Source: Ruminococcus sp. (GTDB lineage Bacteria > Bacillota > Clostridia > Oscillospirales > Ruminococcaceae). Taken from it: a DNA stretch of 64,000 nucleotides. Numbering within the stretch: position 1 is the stretch's first letter; each line of letters starts with the position of its first letter. The translations under genes were made by a program, and so were the position numbers. The notes under the pieces were generated by a model. The model did not search any database and was not told where the DNA came from. It worked only from the letters and a program-made list of their open reading frames with translations. Below, piece after piece: positions 1-9,737 of this stretch. The DNA lies in NCBI GenBank assembly GCA_017634275.1, contig JAGBNQ010000031.1, positions 3,348 through 67,347 of the forward strand, given 5' to 3'.

Positions 1-17
1 CTTACAGCCCGAATGCT

Positions 18-476
18 TTGGCCTCTGCGGTCATGAACGGCGTGTTCACGGCAGGCATGGCGTATGCAGGGCTTAAGCTCGGTGACAGGTTCATCAACTA
101 CGAGAGCATCATCTTCGGAGTGATCTCAACGCTTGTGTCTATTGACTTTCAAAATCGAATGATGAAACGTATCCTTCGCAGCGGCGAGGGCAAGGTGGTT
201 GAGGACACGCAAAACCATAAGCGCCTTATGCCATTTGTGGCAGATGTCAAGCGCCTCGGAAAGGCGTGGAACAAGCTTACGGTTTTTGTTTTGGCAAACC
301 TTGTGTTCGATGTTTTAAACAGGCTTGTGAGGTTAGATGCCCTCATAACCGTGACGGGCATTTTCATGGCCGTTACAAAGGTAGTATGTATTGTATTTGC
401 CATAGCTTTTCTGTTTCGTTTCAATGAGCTGCGCGTCGGCTATGAAAAGACAATGGATAAGCTTGACAATACATAA
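18..476 (+). CDS. Membrane protein, probably truncated at the window edge
   Basis: ORF with several hydrophobic segments; ends 32 nt before pspA; true start probably upstream of the window. Confidence 0.6.
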   Translation: MASAVMNGVFTAGMAYAGLKLGDRFINYESIIFGVISTLVSIDFQNRMMKRILRSGEGKVVEDTQNHKRLMPFVADVKRLGKAWNKLTVFVLANLVFDVLNRLVRLDALITVTGIFMAVTKVVCIVFAIAFLFRFNELRVGYEKTMDKLDNT

Positions 477-508
477 TATAAAAATCTTATTATAGGAGGA
501 ATTAAGTT

Positions 509-1183
509 ATGGCTATTTTTGAAAGGATCGGAGATATTCTTAAGGCAAACATCAATGACCTTCTCGACAAGGCGGAGAACCCTGAGAAGATGGTTAAGCA
601 GATAATCATCGACATGGAGAAGGAGGTACAGAACTGCACAAACGCTTTAGGTACAGCTATGGGCTCACAAAGACAGCTCAAGAAGAACCTTGATAAGGCT
701 AAGGCAGAGAGTGCTGACTGGGAGAACAAGGCAAAGGCAGCTCTCCAGCAGGGCAATCAGGAGCTTGCTAAGAAGGCTCTTGAAAGAAAGGTCGCTGCTG
801 ACAAGCAGGCTGAGCAGTATCAGGGTATGTATGACCAGGCTACAGTTCAGGTAGATAACCTCAAGGCTCAGGTAGATGCTCTTAAGGGCAAGCTCGACGA
901 GGCAAGGAGCCGTCAGTCAATGCTCATCGCCCGTTCCAAAATGGCAGATGCTCAGCAGTCTATGGCAAAGAGCCTTGGCAATATGGATTCCTCCAGTGCA
1001 TTTGCTAAGCTTGACAAAATGGAAGAGAAGATCGAGAGCAAGGAGGCTAAGGCTGATGCATTTGCTGATCTCGCAGGCACAGCTACAGGCCCGATAGATG
1101 AGTTCGCTCAGCTTGAAAAGGATTCGGCTGTTGATGCAGAGCTTGCAAGACTTATGGCTGAAATGGGTCAGTCCGGTTCGTGA
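509..1183 (+). CDS. pspA: PspA/IM30 family protein
   Basis: N-terminus MAIFERIGDILKANINDLLDKAENPEKM, long coiled coil, C-terminal VDAELARL; RBS AGGGAG. Confidence 0.92.
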   Translation: MAIFERIGDILKANINDLLDKAENPEKMVKQIIIDMEKEVQNCTNALGTAMGSQRQLKKNLDKAKAESADWENKAKAALQQGNQELAKKALERKVAADKQAEQYQGMYDQATVQVDNLKAQVDALKGKLDEARSRQSMLIARSKMADAQQSMAKSLGNMDSSSAFAKLDKMEEKIESKEAKADAFADLAGTATGPIDEFAQLEKDSAVDAELARLMAEMGQSGS

Positions 1184-1207
1184 TAAAATAATAAAATGAT
1201 CTGTTGT

Positions 1208-1238
1208 TCTCCATTCCTCTTTGAGGGGAATGGAGAAT
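1208..1238 (+). terminator. Stem-loop between pspA and the next gene (terminator or mRNA stabiliser)
   Basis: TTCTCCATTCCTC-TTT-GAGGGGAATGGAGAA inverted repeat; weak U-tract. Confidence 0.5.
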
Positions 1239-1269
1239 ATTTAAGATCGTTGATCGGAGAATAATATAT

Positions 1270-2091
1270 ATGGGATTTGTTATAATAGGACTTATTCTTA
1301 TCGCCGTGGGTGTTTATTTTGCGTGGTTCCAGCGCAGGAAAACGGGCGACACACTGCTTGATATCCAGGCGACACAGACATCGACTATCGCAGATGTCAA
1401 GGAGGCTATGGCCGATATGGCATCAATAAGCGATACTTACAGAGAGTATTGCGAGCTAAAGGGAACCGTAAGCTCCAAAAATCCGCAGAAAGCCCCCTTC
1501 TCGCAGAAGGACGCGGCATTCTACAGAGCTACCACATACCGCGTGTATGAGGAGGAGGAGCATTACACCGACAGCGAGGGCAACAGAAAAACAAAGCTTG
1601 TCAAGAAGGAAGAAAAGATAAGCGATGAGGAGTCGGGCGAGGAGCTTATCCTTACCGATGCAAACGGCGACACCATTGATATGGAAACTGTCGGCGTTTC
1701 GTCATCATTTGAGCTTATCAAGACGGTTGACCGCTTTGAGCCTGCAAACAACTACAACAGCATGAACTTCTACCAGAACCCGAGAAGGCGCTTTCAGAGC
1801 TTTGACAACGGCTGGAACGGCCGCGGCGGCGCAAGAATGCTCGGCTACAGAATGGTCGAGTATGCTTTCCTTACGGGGCAAAAGCTTTATGTTTTGGGTG
1901 ATGCTTACATGAATGCAGGCAGGCTTACTTTCGGCAAGCCTACCGAAAAGGGCAAGCAGTACATAGTTACCGCAAAGAGCGAGGAGGAGCTTGTTAATGC
2001 AAAGCAGTCCTCACAGAAAATGTCGCTCATAGGCGGCATAGCCTGCGCAGTTATAGGCCTTGTTATCATAATTGCAGGCTTTGCAAGTTAA
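1270..2091 (+). CDS. GIDE-domain-like membrane protein (N- and C-terminal TM helices)
   Basis: TM at both ends; CELKG, GYRMVEYAFLTGQKLYVLGDA and YIVTAKSEEEL segments resemble the GIDE family. Confidence 0.65.
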   Translation: MGFVIIGLILIAVGVYFAWFQRRKTGDTLLDIQATQTSTIADVKEAMADMASISDTYREYCELKGTVSSKNPQKAPFSQKDAAFYRATTYRVYEEEEHYTDSEGNRKTKLVKKEEKISDEESGEELILTDANGDTIDMETVGVSSSFELIKTVDRFEPANNYNSMNFYQNPRRRFQSFDNGWNGRGGARMLGYRMVEYAFLTGQKLYVLGDAYMNAGRLTFGKPTEKGKQYIVTAKSEEELVNAKQSSQKMSLIGGIACAVIGLVIIIAGFAS

Positions 2092-2104
2092 GCCAAACTC
2101 TATA

Positions 2105-2142
2105 AAACGGGGACGCTGTTCCTTACGGCGCCCCTTGTTTTA
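2105..2142 (+). terminator. Rho-independent terminator
   Basis: GGGGACGCTG..CGGCGCCCC hairpin followed by TTGTTTT. Confidence 0.6.
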
Positions 2143-2143
2143 A

Positions 2144-2323
2144 TTAAGGCAACACCGCACAACCATTGTATGCCAGATACGCAGTCAGATTTTTCGTCAG
2201 ATTGCCTAAATTTACCGCAGGAATACTATCGTATTTCAAGGTAAATTTGGGCGATATGACGGAAAATATGCAAGTAGATGGCATACAAAGGCGTATGCCG
2301 GTGGTTGTGCGGTGTTGCCTTAA
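2144..2323. mobile_element. MITE-like hairpin element, copy 1 (172-bp core, TTAA at both ends)
   Basis: Terminal inverted repeats TTAAGGCAACACCGCACAACCA / TGGTTGTGCGGTGTTGCCTTAA; same-length homologue at 8016-8195. Confidence 0.88.
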
Positions 2324-2348
2324 GAAACTAAGGACGGGAGAATAAAAC

Positions 2349-3308
2349 GTGGCAAAGAAACTGCTTTCGATCGTTATACCGAGCTATAACGAGGAAGGAA
2401 ATATAGAGAATACTGCAAGGGTCGTAACGCAGATAATGAAGGAAAATGATATCCCTTTTGAGATAGTGTTTGTAAATGACGGCTCATCGGATAGGACGTG
2501 GGAGGCTCTTTGCAGGGTGACAAGGGATAACCCGAATGCTGTGGCTGTCGATTTTTCAAGGAATTTCGGAAAAGAGGCCGCTATTTTTGCAGGGCTCAGG
2601 ACTGCAAAGGGCGATGCGGTAGTGCTTATGGACTGCGACCTTCAGCACCCTCCGCAGACGATTGTTGAAATGTATAACATCTGGCTTAATAACGATGTTG
2701 ATGTGGTAGAGGGCAGGAAAAAGAGCAGAGGTAAGGAAAAGGGCATTTACAAGGCGTTTTCGCTTTGGTTTTACAAGCTTATCGGCGGCAGCTCGGGGCT
2801 TGATATGCAGGACGCATCTGATTTCAAGCTGCTTGACAGAGCTGTTGTTGACAGCCTTAACGATATGCCCGAGCGGCTCACGTTTTTCAGGGCTATGTCC
2901 TCATGGGTCGGCTACAGGACGGAAAAAGTGTATTTCGAGGTCGCTGACCGCACCGAGGGCGAGAGCAAGTGGAGCGTAAGCTCGCTTATAAAATACGCTG
3001 TCAATTCTATAACCTCATTTACAAGCGCGCCGCTTTATCTGATAATGTGGATAGGGATCATCACCTTTGTTATATCCCTTATCCTCGGCGTTCACACTAT
3101 AGTTAACAAGATTATCGGCAACAGCGCGGCAGGGTTTTCAACTGTTATCATTTTGCAGCTGCTGACATCGAGCATAATAATGTTCTCGCTCGGCATAATA
3201 GGGCATTACCTTGCCAAAATATATGAGGAGATAAAAAAACGTCCGCGCTTTATCATAAGAAGTGTTATAAGAAACGGGCGTGAACAGAGTGGAGAGAAAG
3301 ACAACTGA
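2349..3308 (+). CDS. GT2 polyprenol-phosphate glycosyltransferase (GtrB/CsbB/YkcC-like)
   Basis: SIVIPSYNEE, VNDGSSD, FSRNFGKEAA, MDCDLQHPP motifs; two C-terminal TM helices; EIKKRPRFII. Confidence 0.9.
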   Translation: MAKKLLSIVIPSYNEEGNIENTARVVTQIMKENDIPFEIVFVNDGSSDRTWEALCRVTRDNPNAVAVDFSRNFGKEAAIFAGLRTAKGDAVVLMDCDLQHPPQTIVEMYNIWLNNDVDVVEGRKKSRGKEKGIYKAFSLWFYKLIGGSSGLDMQDASDFKLLDRAVVDSLNDMPERLTFFRAMSSWVGYRTEKVYFEVADRTEGESKWSVSSLIKYAVNSITSFTSAPLYLIMWIGIITFVISLILGVHTIVNKIIGNSAAGFSTVIILQLLTSSIIMFSLGIIGHYLAKIYEEIKKRPRFIIRSVIRNGREQSGEKDN

Positions 3309-6199
3309 TGAGCGATACAGCTAAAAATACGGCAAAGCAGGCTAAAACAGAAAAAAGTGAAAAAAAGAAAATAACGGATATTCTGCGCGGCTTTTTAAAG
3401 AGGACTGACGGGAAAAGGGTATATCTGCTTGTATTTCTTATACCCGTTATAACTATGTATATAACCTACGCGGTGTTTGAGGTACACCCCTTCGGGGAAA
3501 ACTCGGTGTTGGTGCTTGACTTAAACGGGCAGTATGTTTACTACTACGAGGCTTTGCGCGATGCCTTCTGGGGCGACGGGAGCATGATGTATGACTGGTC
3601 ACGAAACCTTTCGGGCGAGATGTTCGGAATTTTCGGCTACTACCTTGCAAGCCCGTTTATGATAATAATATGCCTTTTCCCGAGGTCGGCAATGTGCGGC
3701 GCTATCGAAACCATGCAGCTTTTAAAGGTAGGCACGGCGGCTGTTACCTTTGCTTACCTTTTAAGAAAGACGGGCAAGCCCAAAAACGGCGCGCTTATAG
3801 CCTTTTCTACCTGCTACAGCCTTATGGCTTATATGATAGTTCAGTTTATGGACCCGATGTGGCTTGACGGGCTTATTTATCTGCCGCTGATAATATGGGG
3901 CGTTCATAGGCTTGTTGATGACGGCAAGGTGTTTTCTTATTCGGTGCCGCTGGCGCTAATGTTCATAGCGCATTTTTATATCGGCTATATGGTGGGGATA
4001 TTTACATTTTTCTACTTTGTATCCTACTGCTTTTCAAAGGAGGGGCGGATATTTGCTAAAAATATCACCCTGACCGTTGCGCGCTTTATCGGCGGAACTA
4101 TCGTAGCGATACTTGCATCGTGCATTGTGCTTATCCCGACGGTAGCATCGCTGCGGCTCGGAAAGCTTGACTTTACAACGCCCGACTGGTCAATGGCAAC
4201 GCAGTTTGATTTCCTTACCTTTATAACAAAGCTTTTCCCGATGACCTATGACACGGTATACCCCGAGGGGCTGCCGATGATATACTGCGGCAGTATGATA
4301 CTGCTGCTCGTTCCGCTTTTCTTTATGAACGAGAAGATAAGCATGAAGGAAAAATGCTCAAAGGGCTTGCTATGTGCATTCCTTGTGCTTTGTATGTATA
4401 TAAGGCCGATTGATATAATGTGGCACGGCTTTCAGGTGCCTAACTGGCTGCCGTACAGATATTCCTTTGCATTCTCGCTTTTATTTGTATGGATGGGCTA
4501 CAGAGCGTATGAGAATATCGACGGCATAACCTCAAAGCAGATAGGCGGCGTGTTTATCTCTCTGCTTGCGTTTTTGTTCTGGTGCGAGAGGGAGAATTAC
4601 GAGCATTTCCAGATATTTGATTCAGTTACCGATGACGCGGGCGAGGTACACTGGAGAATGCAGGGGATATGGTTTGCGATAATAGCCCTCGGTGTTTACT
4701 TTGCGCTTATCCACCTGCACAGGAAATACCCCAAAAACAAGCCTGTGGCGATAATAACGGTAATGCTGATAGCGGCGGAGATGTTTTGCAACGCATCTGA
4801 CACGCTTGTAAAGATAGACAAGGACGTGGCTTATTCGACATACTACTCATATGAGCCGTATATGTCAAACCTGAGGAGCTTTGTAAAGGGGATAAAGGAG
4901 CAGGACGATGATAAATTCTTCCGCTCTGAGGCGACCTTCCACAGAACGGTAAATGACCCGATAGGAACGGGCTATTACGGGCTTTCGCATTCAAGCTCGA
5001 CTATGAACTCGCCGGCACTTACGCTTTTAAAGCAGCTCGGCTACGCTTACGGCGGACATTACACAAAGTATGACGGCACAACGCTTATGACTGACGCACT
5101 TTTTGACATAAAATACCTTATGGACAAAAAGACAGATAAGGGCAGCAACCGTTATATGGACTCACGGATAAAGGTGCCTGAGCAGTATGAATATGTCGGG
5201 GAAATGGCAATGACTAACATCGTCTATGAAAAGGACGATGACTCGAATGAAAAGGTGGAAAAGGAGGTAGGCGAGACCTACAGCTTTTACCAAAACCCCT
5301 ATGCGCTCGGGCTTGGTATGGTGTCATCGGAGAGGATACTCAATGCATCAATGAGCGACCAGAACCCGTTTGACAACCAAAACCAGATATTCAACTGCAT
5401 TCTGGGCGGAAACAGATACACAGAGTTCTTTACAAGGCTGAGGCCTATAAATGCCGACAGACAGAACATCACCGAATCACGCCTGACTGACGGGCACAAG
5501 AAATTCATGAAGGAGAACACCTCTATCGGCGAGGCGCACCTTGACTATGTGCTGAGAATGGATAAGGACAGCCCTCTTTATATGTACTTCCCGACAAGCT
5601 ATGAGAGAAAGTGCAACGTTTGGGTGCAGGACGAGGACGAATTCCAGGTGACGGAGAATGAAATGGACTTTGCAGGCTCGTTCTTTGAGGGAGATGATTT
5701 GTCGATACTCTGCCTCGGAAACTTCAAAAAGGATCAGGAGGTAAGGGTAAGAGTTACCCTTATTGATGAGGATAACGAGGCATTCTGGCTCGATGAGCTT
5801 TTCTACACATTCGATCAGACGGATTTTGAGAAAGCAATAGAAAGCATAAGAGAGCAGGGCATTCTTGACATTGAGGAATTTGATGACAGATATGTAAAGG
5901 GAACCGTTAAGGCGCAGGGTAATGACAAATATCTGCTGACAACTGTTCCGAGCGAGGACGGCTGGGTGGTTACGGTAAACGGCAAAAAGGTCGATTACGA
6001 GGTAACGCTCGGAACGCTTATAACGATACCGCTTGAAAACGGCGAGAATGTGGTGGAGATGAGCTTTTCACCGAATTATTACAAGCTTGCTGTCGTGCTG
6101 TCGGTAATAGGGCTGCTTATGCTGATAGGCATATTTATCTATGAGTACAAGGACGGGATAATACTTGAGCGGATAATCAAGCTGCGCGATGAATACTGA
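3308..6199 (+). CDS. YfhO family membrane glycosyltransferase (GT-C)
   Basis: 963 aa multi-TM protein; DLNGQYVYYY, YYLASPF, WHGFQVPNWLPYRYSF, C-terminal GWVVTVNGK; start overlaps the GT2 stop. Confidence 0.85.
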   Translation: MSDTAKNTAKQAKTEKSEKKKITDILRGFLKRTDGKRVYLLVFLIPVITMYITYAVFEVHPFGENSVLVLDLNGQYVYYYEALRDAFWGDGSMMYDWSRNLSGEMFGIFGYYLASPFMIIICLFPRSAMCGAIETMQLLKVGTAAVTFAYLLRKTGKPKNGALIAFSTCYSLMAYMIVQFMDPMWLDGLIYLPLIIWGVHRLVDDGKVFSYSVPLALMFIAHFYIGYMVGIFTFFYFVSYCFSKEGRIFAKNITLTVARFIGGTIVAILASCIVLIPTVASLRLGKLDFTTPDWSMATQFDFLTFITKLFPMTYDTVYPEGLPMIYCGSMILLLVPLFFMNEKISMKEKCSKGLLCAFLVLCMYIRPIDIMWHGFQVPNWLPYRYSFAFSLLFVWMGYRAYENIDGITSKQIGGVFISLLAFLFWCERENYEHFQIFDSVTDDAGEVHWRMQGIWFAIIALGVYFALIHLHRKYPKNKPVAIITVMLIAAEMFCNASDTLVKIDKDVAYSTYYSYEPYMSNLRSFVKGIKEQDDDKFFRSEATFHRTVNDPIGTGYYGLSHSSSTMNSPALTLLKQLGYAYGGHYTKYDGTTLMTDALFDIKYLMDKKTDKGSNRYMDSRIKVPEQYEYVGEMAMTNIVYEKDDDSNEKVEKEVGETYSFYQNPYALGLGMVSSERILNASMSDQNPFDNQNQIFNCILGGNRYTEFFTRLRPINADRQNITESRLTDGHKKFMKENTSIGEAHLDYVLRMDKDSPLYMYFPTSYERKCNVWVQDEDEFQVTENEMDFAGSFFEGDDLSILCLGNFKKDQEVRVRVTLIDEDNEAFWLDELFYTFDQTDFEKAIESIREQGILDIEEFDDRYVKGTVKAQGNDKYLLTTVPSEDGWVVTVNGKKVDYEVTLGTLITIPLENGENVVEMSFSPNYYKLAVVLSVIGLLMLIGIFIYEYKDGIILERIIKLRDEY

Positions 6200-6202
6200 C
6201 TT

Positions 6203-6236
6203 TTAAGCCGAGGTAAACTCTCGGCTTAAGTTTTTT
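6203..6236 (+). terminator. Rho-independent terminator
   Basis: TTAAGCCGAG-GTAAACT-CTCGGCTTAA followed by GTTTTTT. Confidence 0.8.
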
Positions 6237-6251
6237 GTAACAGTTTATTTA

Positions 6252-6280
6252 TTGACTTATATGTGCAGGTGCGGTATAAT
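6252..6280 (+). promoter_or_regulatory. SigA-type promoter
   Basis: TTGACT-17-TATAAT. Confidence 0.75.
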
Positions 6281-6415
6281 AATGTATAACCATTTCGCTT
6301 TTGCCTTAATGATAGCATATATTTTCTATAAATGCAATACAAAAACAGAACAAATTTTCGTCAAGGCGATATGCAACAAATATAAAAGGTGAACAATCGA
6401 TAGGAGTAAGTTTAA

Positions 6416-6895
6416 TTGAGTAAAAGGAAAAACCATGCCGAAACGAGCGGCCAGCTTATGGGCGTAGTTGCTATATTTGTAGTTGCGATATTCGTGGTAG
6501 GCGTTATAATCATTTTTGCAAAGAGCCTTTTTTCGGGGGTCGAGGCTGACGTTCCGCAGGGGCTTGATACGGCAACGCAGGCACACGCGCAGGCGGTGAA
6601 TGACGCGCAGGCAAGTGATGAGGGCGGCGCTGACAGCAAGCAGACAAAGGCTAAAGCTAACGAGAGCAAGGAAAAAACCACCACAACTAAGGCGCAGCCG
6701 CAGACAAAGACTGTCGTGGAATACGCATATTTAAGAGTTGAGCCGTCACCCGAGGGTGAGGGGATAATATGTATGTCACCGGGGATAGTTGTGAATATTC
6801 TCTCGGAGGCGGACGAGAACGGGTATGTAAAGGCAAGCTTTGACAACAACGGCGAAATGCTGGAGGGCTTTGTGCATACCGACTATTTACAGTAA
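6416..6895 (+). CDS. Membrane-anchored protein with a C-terminal SH3b-like domain
   Basis: N-terminal TM, low-complexity linker, AYLRVEPS...GYVKA...EGFVHTDYL; RBS AGGAG, TTG start. Confidence 0.65.
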   Translation: MSKRKNHAETSGQLMGVVAIFVVAIFVVGVIIIFAKSLFSGVEADVPQGLDTATQAHAQAVNDAQASDEGGADSKQTKAKANESKEKTTTTKAQPQTKTVVEYAYLRVEPSPEGEGIICMSPGIVVNILSEADENGYVKASFDNNGEMLEGFVHTDYLQ

Positions 6896-6896
6896 T

Positions 6897-7598
6897 ATGA
6901 GCAGAGAAAGAAAGACCCTGCGCTTTGAGGACGGACGCGAGGCAGAGGCGATAATAGACAAGGGGAACAGAAAAAACCTCTACATTCAGATAAAAGAGGG
7001 CGAGGTGGTTATAAAAACGCCTGCCTTTATGAGTGAGAGCGAAATGATGAGATTTGTCGCATCAAGGGAGGAGTGGATATTCCGCTCACTTTCGGAGTGC
7101 GCCAAAAAGCCCGTAAGGCTTGAATACTTTACCGACGGCGAGCAGTTTGAGCTGCTCGGTGAGCTTGTCACACTAAAATTTATAACGCCCGAAAGGTACA
7201 AAGAGCCGTATCTTGAGGGCGGATATTTATATATAAGTGTGCCGAAAAGTGGGGCGGATATCTTCTCGGTAAAGCGAGATGCCGAAAGGTTTATAACCGA
7301 CTTTGCAAACCGTGAGCTTAGAGAGAGCTGCGAGCGGCTTATCAGGCTTACACGGCTATGCCCGAAAAAGATAACGATAAAGCCTATGAAAAGCTGTTGG
7401 GGGAGATGCTCATCAAACGGGAATATATCGCTTAATTTCTACCTTTACGAGCATCCCAAGGAGTGCATGGACTATGTTGTGATACACGAGCTTTGCCACC
7501 TTGTTCATATGGATCACAGCAGTCAGTTCTGGGAGCTTGTGGAGAAATACTGCCCCGACTGCAAGGAGATAAGAAGGCGGTTAAATTACAATGAATGA
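6897..7598 (+). CDS. YgjP/DUF45 (M48-like) metal-dependent hydrolase
   Basis: MKSCWGRCS, YVVIHELCHLVHMDHS..FW motifs; ATG at 6897. Confidence 0.85.
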   Translation: MSRERKTLRFEDGREAEAIIDKGNRKNLYIQIKEGEVVIKTPAFMSESEMMRFVASREEWIFRSLSECAKKPVRLEYFTDGEQFELLGELVTLKFITPERYKEPYLEGGYLYISVPKSGADIFSVKRDAERFITDFANRELRESCERLIRLTRLCPKKITIKPMKSCWGRCSSNGNISLNFYLYEHPKECMDYVVIHELCHLVHMDHSSQFWELVEKYCPDCKEIRRRLNYNE

Positions 7599-7629
7599 CA
7601 CATAGACAAGGCATTTTTGGGGTGAAAGC

Positions 7630-8298
7630 ATGGAACTTGTAAAATTCAAAGAGGAATACAGGCAGGCGTTTATTAACTTTAACACGGACTGGATAGTGAC
7701 AAATTTCGGGGCGCTTGAAGAGCATGACTATGAAACGTTCGGGCAGATAGATGAGAAGATCGCAAACGGCGCCATGATCTTTTTTGCACTCGAAAAGGGC
7801 GTGCCGCTTGCCTGCGTGATGACCGAGCCGCTTGACGGGCAAACATGGGAGATATGCAAGCTCGGCTCAAATAAAGATATTCCGCACAAGGGGGGCAGGA
7901 AGTCTTGTATTTAAGGCGGCTATGGACTTCGCACGGGTGCATGGGGCTAAAAGGCTGTTTATCATTTCAAACAGCAGATTAAAGCCTGCGCTGCATATAT
8001 ACAAAAAGTTCGGCTTTAAGGCAACACCGCACGACCATTGTACGTCAGATGCGCAGTCAGATTTTTCGTCAGATTGCCCGAATTTACCGCAGTAATACTA
8101 ACGTATTTCAAGGTAAATTTGGGTGATATGACGGAAAATCTGCAAGCAGATGGCGTGCAAAGCCGTCAGGCGGTGGTTGTGCGGTGTTGCCTTAAGGAAA
8201 TAAAGCTTGATGATTACGGGTATACAAGAGGAGATATAGCATTTGAATACATTTGCAATAATAACACAAGGGGAGCTTTGAAGGAGGACAGACTATGA
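7630..8298 (+). pseudogene. GNAT acetyltransferase, disrupted by a +1 frameshift (G6 run ~7890-7895) and a MITE insertion
   Basis: Three ORF pieces rejoin as WEICKLGS..HKGAGSLVFKAAM..LFIISNSRLKPALHIYKKFGFK|EIKLDDYGYTRGDIAFEY once one G and 176 bp are removed. Confidence 0.85.
8016..8195. mobile_element. MITE-like hairpin element, copy 2, inserted at TTAA inside the GNAT gene
   Basis: Same TIRs and length as 2144-2323; empty site reconstructs as GGC TTT AAG GAA ATA (GFKEI). Confidence 0.9.
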
Positions 8299-9509
8299 AC
8301 AGACACAGGATAATCTCATTACTGGCGGCAGCGGCGCTTATGCTGACAATGGCAGGGTGCGGCGACGGAGACTCATCGGCCTCATCATCAAAGGGGGAGG
8401 TAACTCCGCCTAATGGGAGCGAAACGGCAGTCGATTTCAAGACGGGGACAGACGGCTCGGCAAGAGTAAAGGTAAACGGCACCGACTTTGAGGTGGGCGG
8501 CAAAAAGCTATGGCTCAACGGGGCAAACGCGCCGTGGATAAACTGGAACGACTTCGGCGGCAGCTTTAGTTTTATGGAGTGGAATGAACATTTCAAGGCC
8601 TTGCATGACAGCGGGATAAACTGTGCGAGAGTATGGATATCCTGCAACGGCGAGGTGGGAATGGACATTGACGAGGACGGAAACTTTAAGGGCGCTACAG
8701 AGCAGCACTGGAAGGACCTTTCGGAGCTTTTCAGCATTGCCGAGGCTAATCAGGTATATATAATGGCAACGGTGCAGTCATTTGACCACTACAAGGACGA
8801 TGAAAATGTTGACAACTCGCAGGAAAAATTCTCGGCGTGGAGAAAGCTCATTCAGGACGGAGCTAAGACGGATTCCTACATAAACAACTACATAGTTCCT
8901 CTTGTAAAGACCTTTGGTAAGAGCGACTATTTCTTCTCTGTTGACCTTTGCAACGAGCCTGACTGGATATTTGAAAACTCGGAGTGCGGCAACATTGAGT
9001 GGGAGCATTTAAGTGCCTACTACGCAAAGGCGGCTGCGGCGATACACGCAAATTCCGATGTTTTAGTGACGGTAGGGCTTGGAATGCCGAAATACAATTC
9101 CGACAAGATACAGGGCAACAAGATATCAAACGGCTATTTACAGTCATTTATAGAGGAAGGCCCGGGCTACAGCAAGGAGCTTGCCTTTGTGGACTTTTAC
9201 TCTACCCACTGGTACCCGTGGGAGGAGGGCTCGGGAATGGGCAACCCGTTCAAGCAGACCCCCGAGGAGTTCGGCCTTGACACCGACAGGCCGACAGTTA
9301 TAGGCGAATGCCCCGGAACACCGACTAAAATGACCCTTGCCGAGGAATACAAGGCGGCATACGATTTAGGCTATGACGGCGTGCTTGCTTGGAAAACGAG
9401 CGGACAGAATGACGGCAACGGCCTTATTGACGATATTTCGCCTGCGACAAAGGAAATGAAAGAGAAATACGAGGAGGAAATATTTCCCCTGGGATTTTTA
9501 GCGGCGTAG
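8295..9509 (+). CDS. Lipoprotein glycoside hydrolase, clan GH-A (GH5-like, possible beta-mannanase)
   Basis: Lipobox LTMAGC; acid/base motif LCNEPD, FYSTHWY, nucleophile VIGEC, GVLAW. Confidence 0.8.
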   Translation: MNRHRIISLLAAAALMLTMAGCGDGDSSASSSKGEVTPPNGSETAVDFKTGTDGSARVKVNGTDFEVGGKKLWLNGANAPWINWNDFGGSFSFMEWNEHFKALHDSGINCARVWISCNGEVGMDIDEDGNFKGATEQHWKDLSELFSIAEANQVYIMATVQSFDHYKDDENVDNSQEKFSAWRKLIQDGAKTDSYINNYIVPLVKTFGKSDYFFSVDLCNEPDWIFENSECGNIEWEHLSAYYAKAAAAIHANSDVLVTVGLGMPKYNSDKIQGNKISNGYLQSFIEEGPGYSKELAFVDFYSTHWYPWEEGSGMGNPFKQTPEEFGLDTDRPTVIGECPGTPTKMTLAEEYKAAYDLGYDGVLAWKTSGQNDGNGLIDDISPATKEMKEKYEEEIFPLGFLAA

Positions 9510-9624
9510 GTGTTTAATTTTCAAAAGTGCTGCCGATATATAGTTTGTGGGGGAAAATCACATTTTTTGTTTTGTTCAATTTACCAAAAAAATTGTGCTA
9601 ATTGCCAAAATGAGTAAATAGACG

Positions 9625-9653
9625 TTGACAAAACGCGCGGCATATAGTATTAT
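9625..9653 (+). promoter_or_regulatory. SigA-type promoter for the SipW-substrate gene
   Basis: TTGACA-17-TATTAT. Confidence 0.75.
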
Positions 9654-9737
9654 TATAGTATGAAAAAGTGTAAATTGAGAGAGCGGCGGGTGCCGTTAGA
9701 CCTATAGAATTATGTTTTGAAGAAAGGGAATGATGAT

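Noticed and set aside
6203-6229. TTAA-flanked hairpin as a third MITE copy
   Set aside because: No similarity to the MITE TIRs; it has a U-tract and sits after a stop codon, so it is a terminator
7890-8195. +1 G and +176 bp as mutually compensating frameshifts (sum 177)
   Set aside because: An in-frame stop at 7912-7914 terminates translation before the MITE
7832-8298. ORFs 7832-8095 and 8038-8298 as independent genes
   Set aside because: They are fragments of one GNAT gene read partly through the MITE
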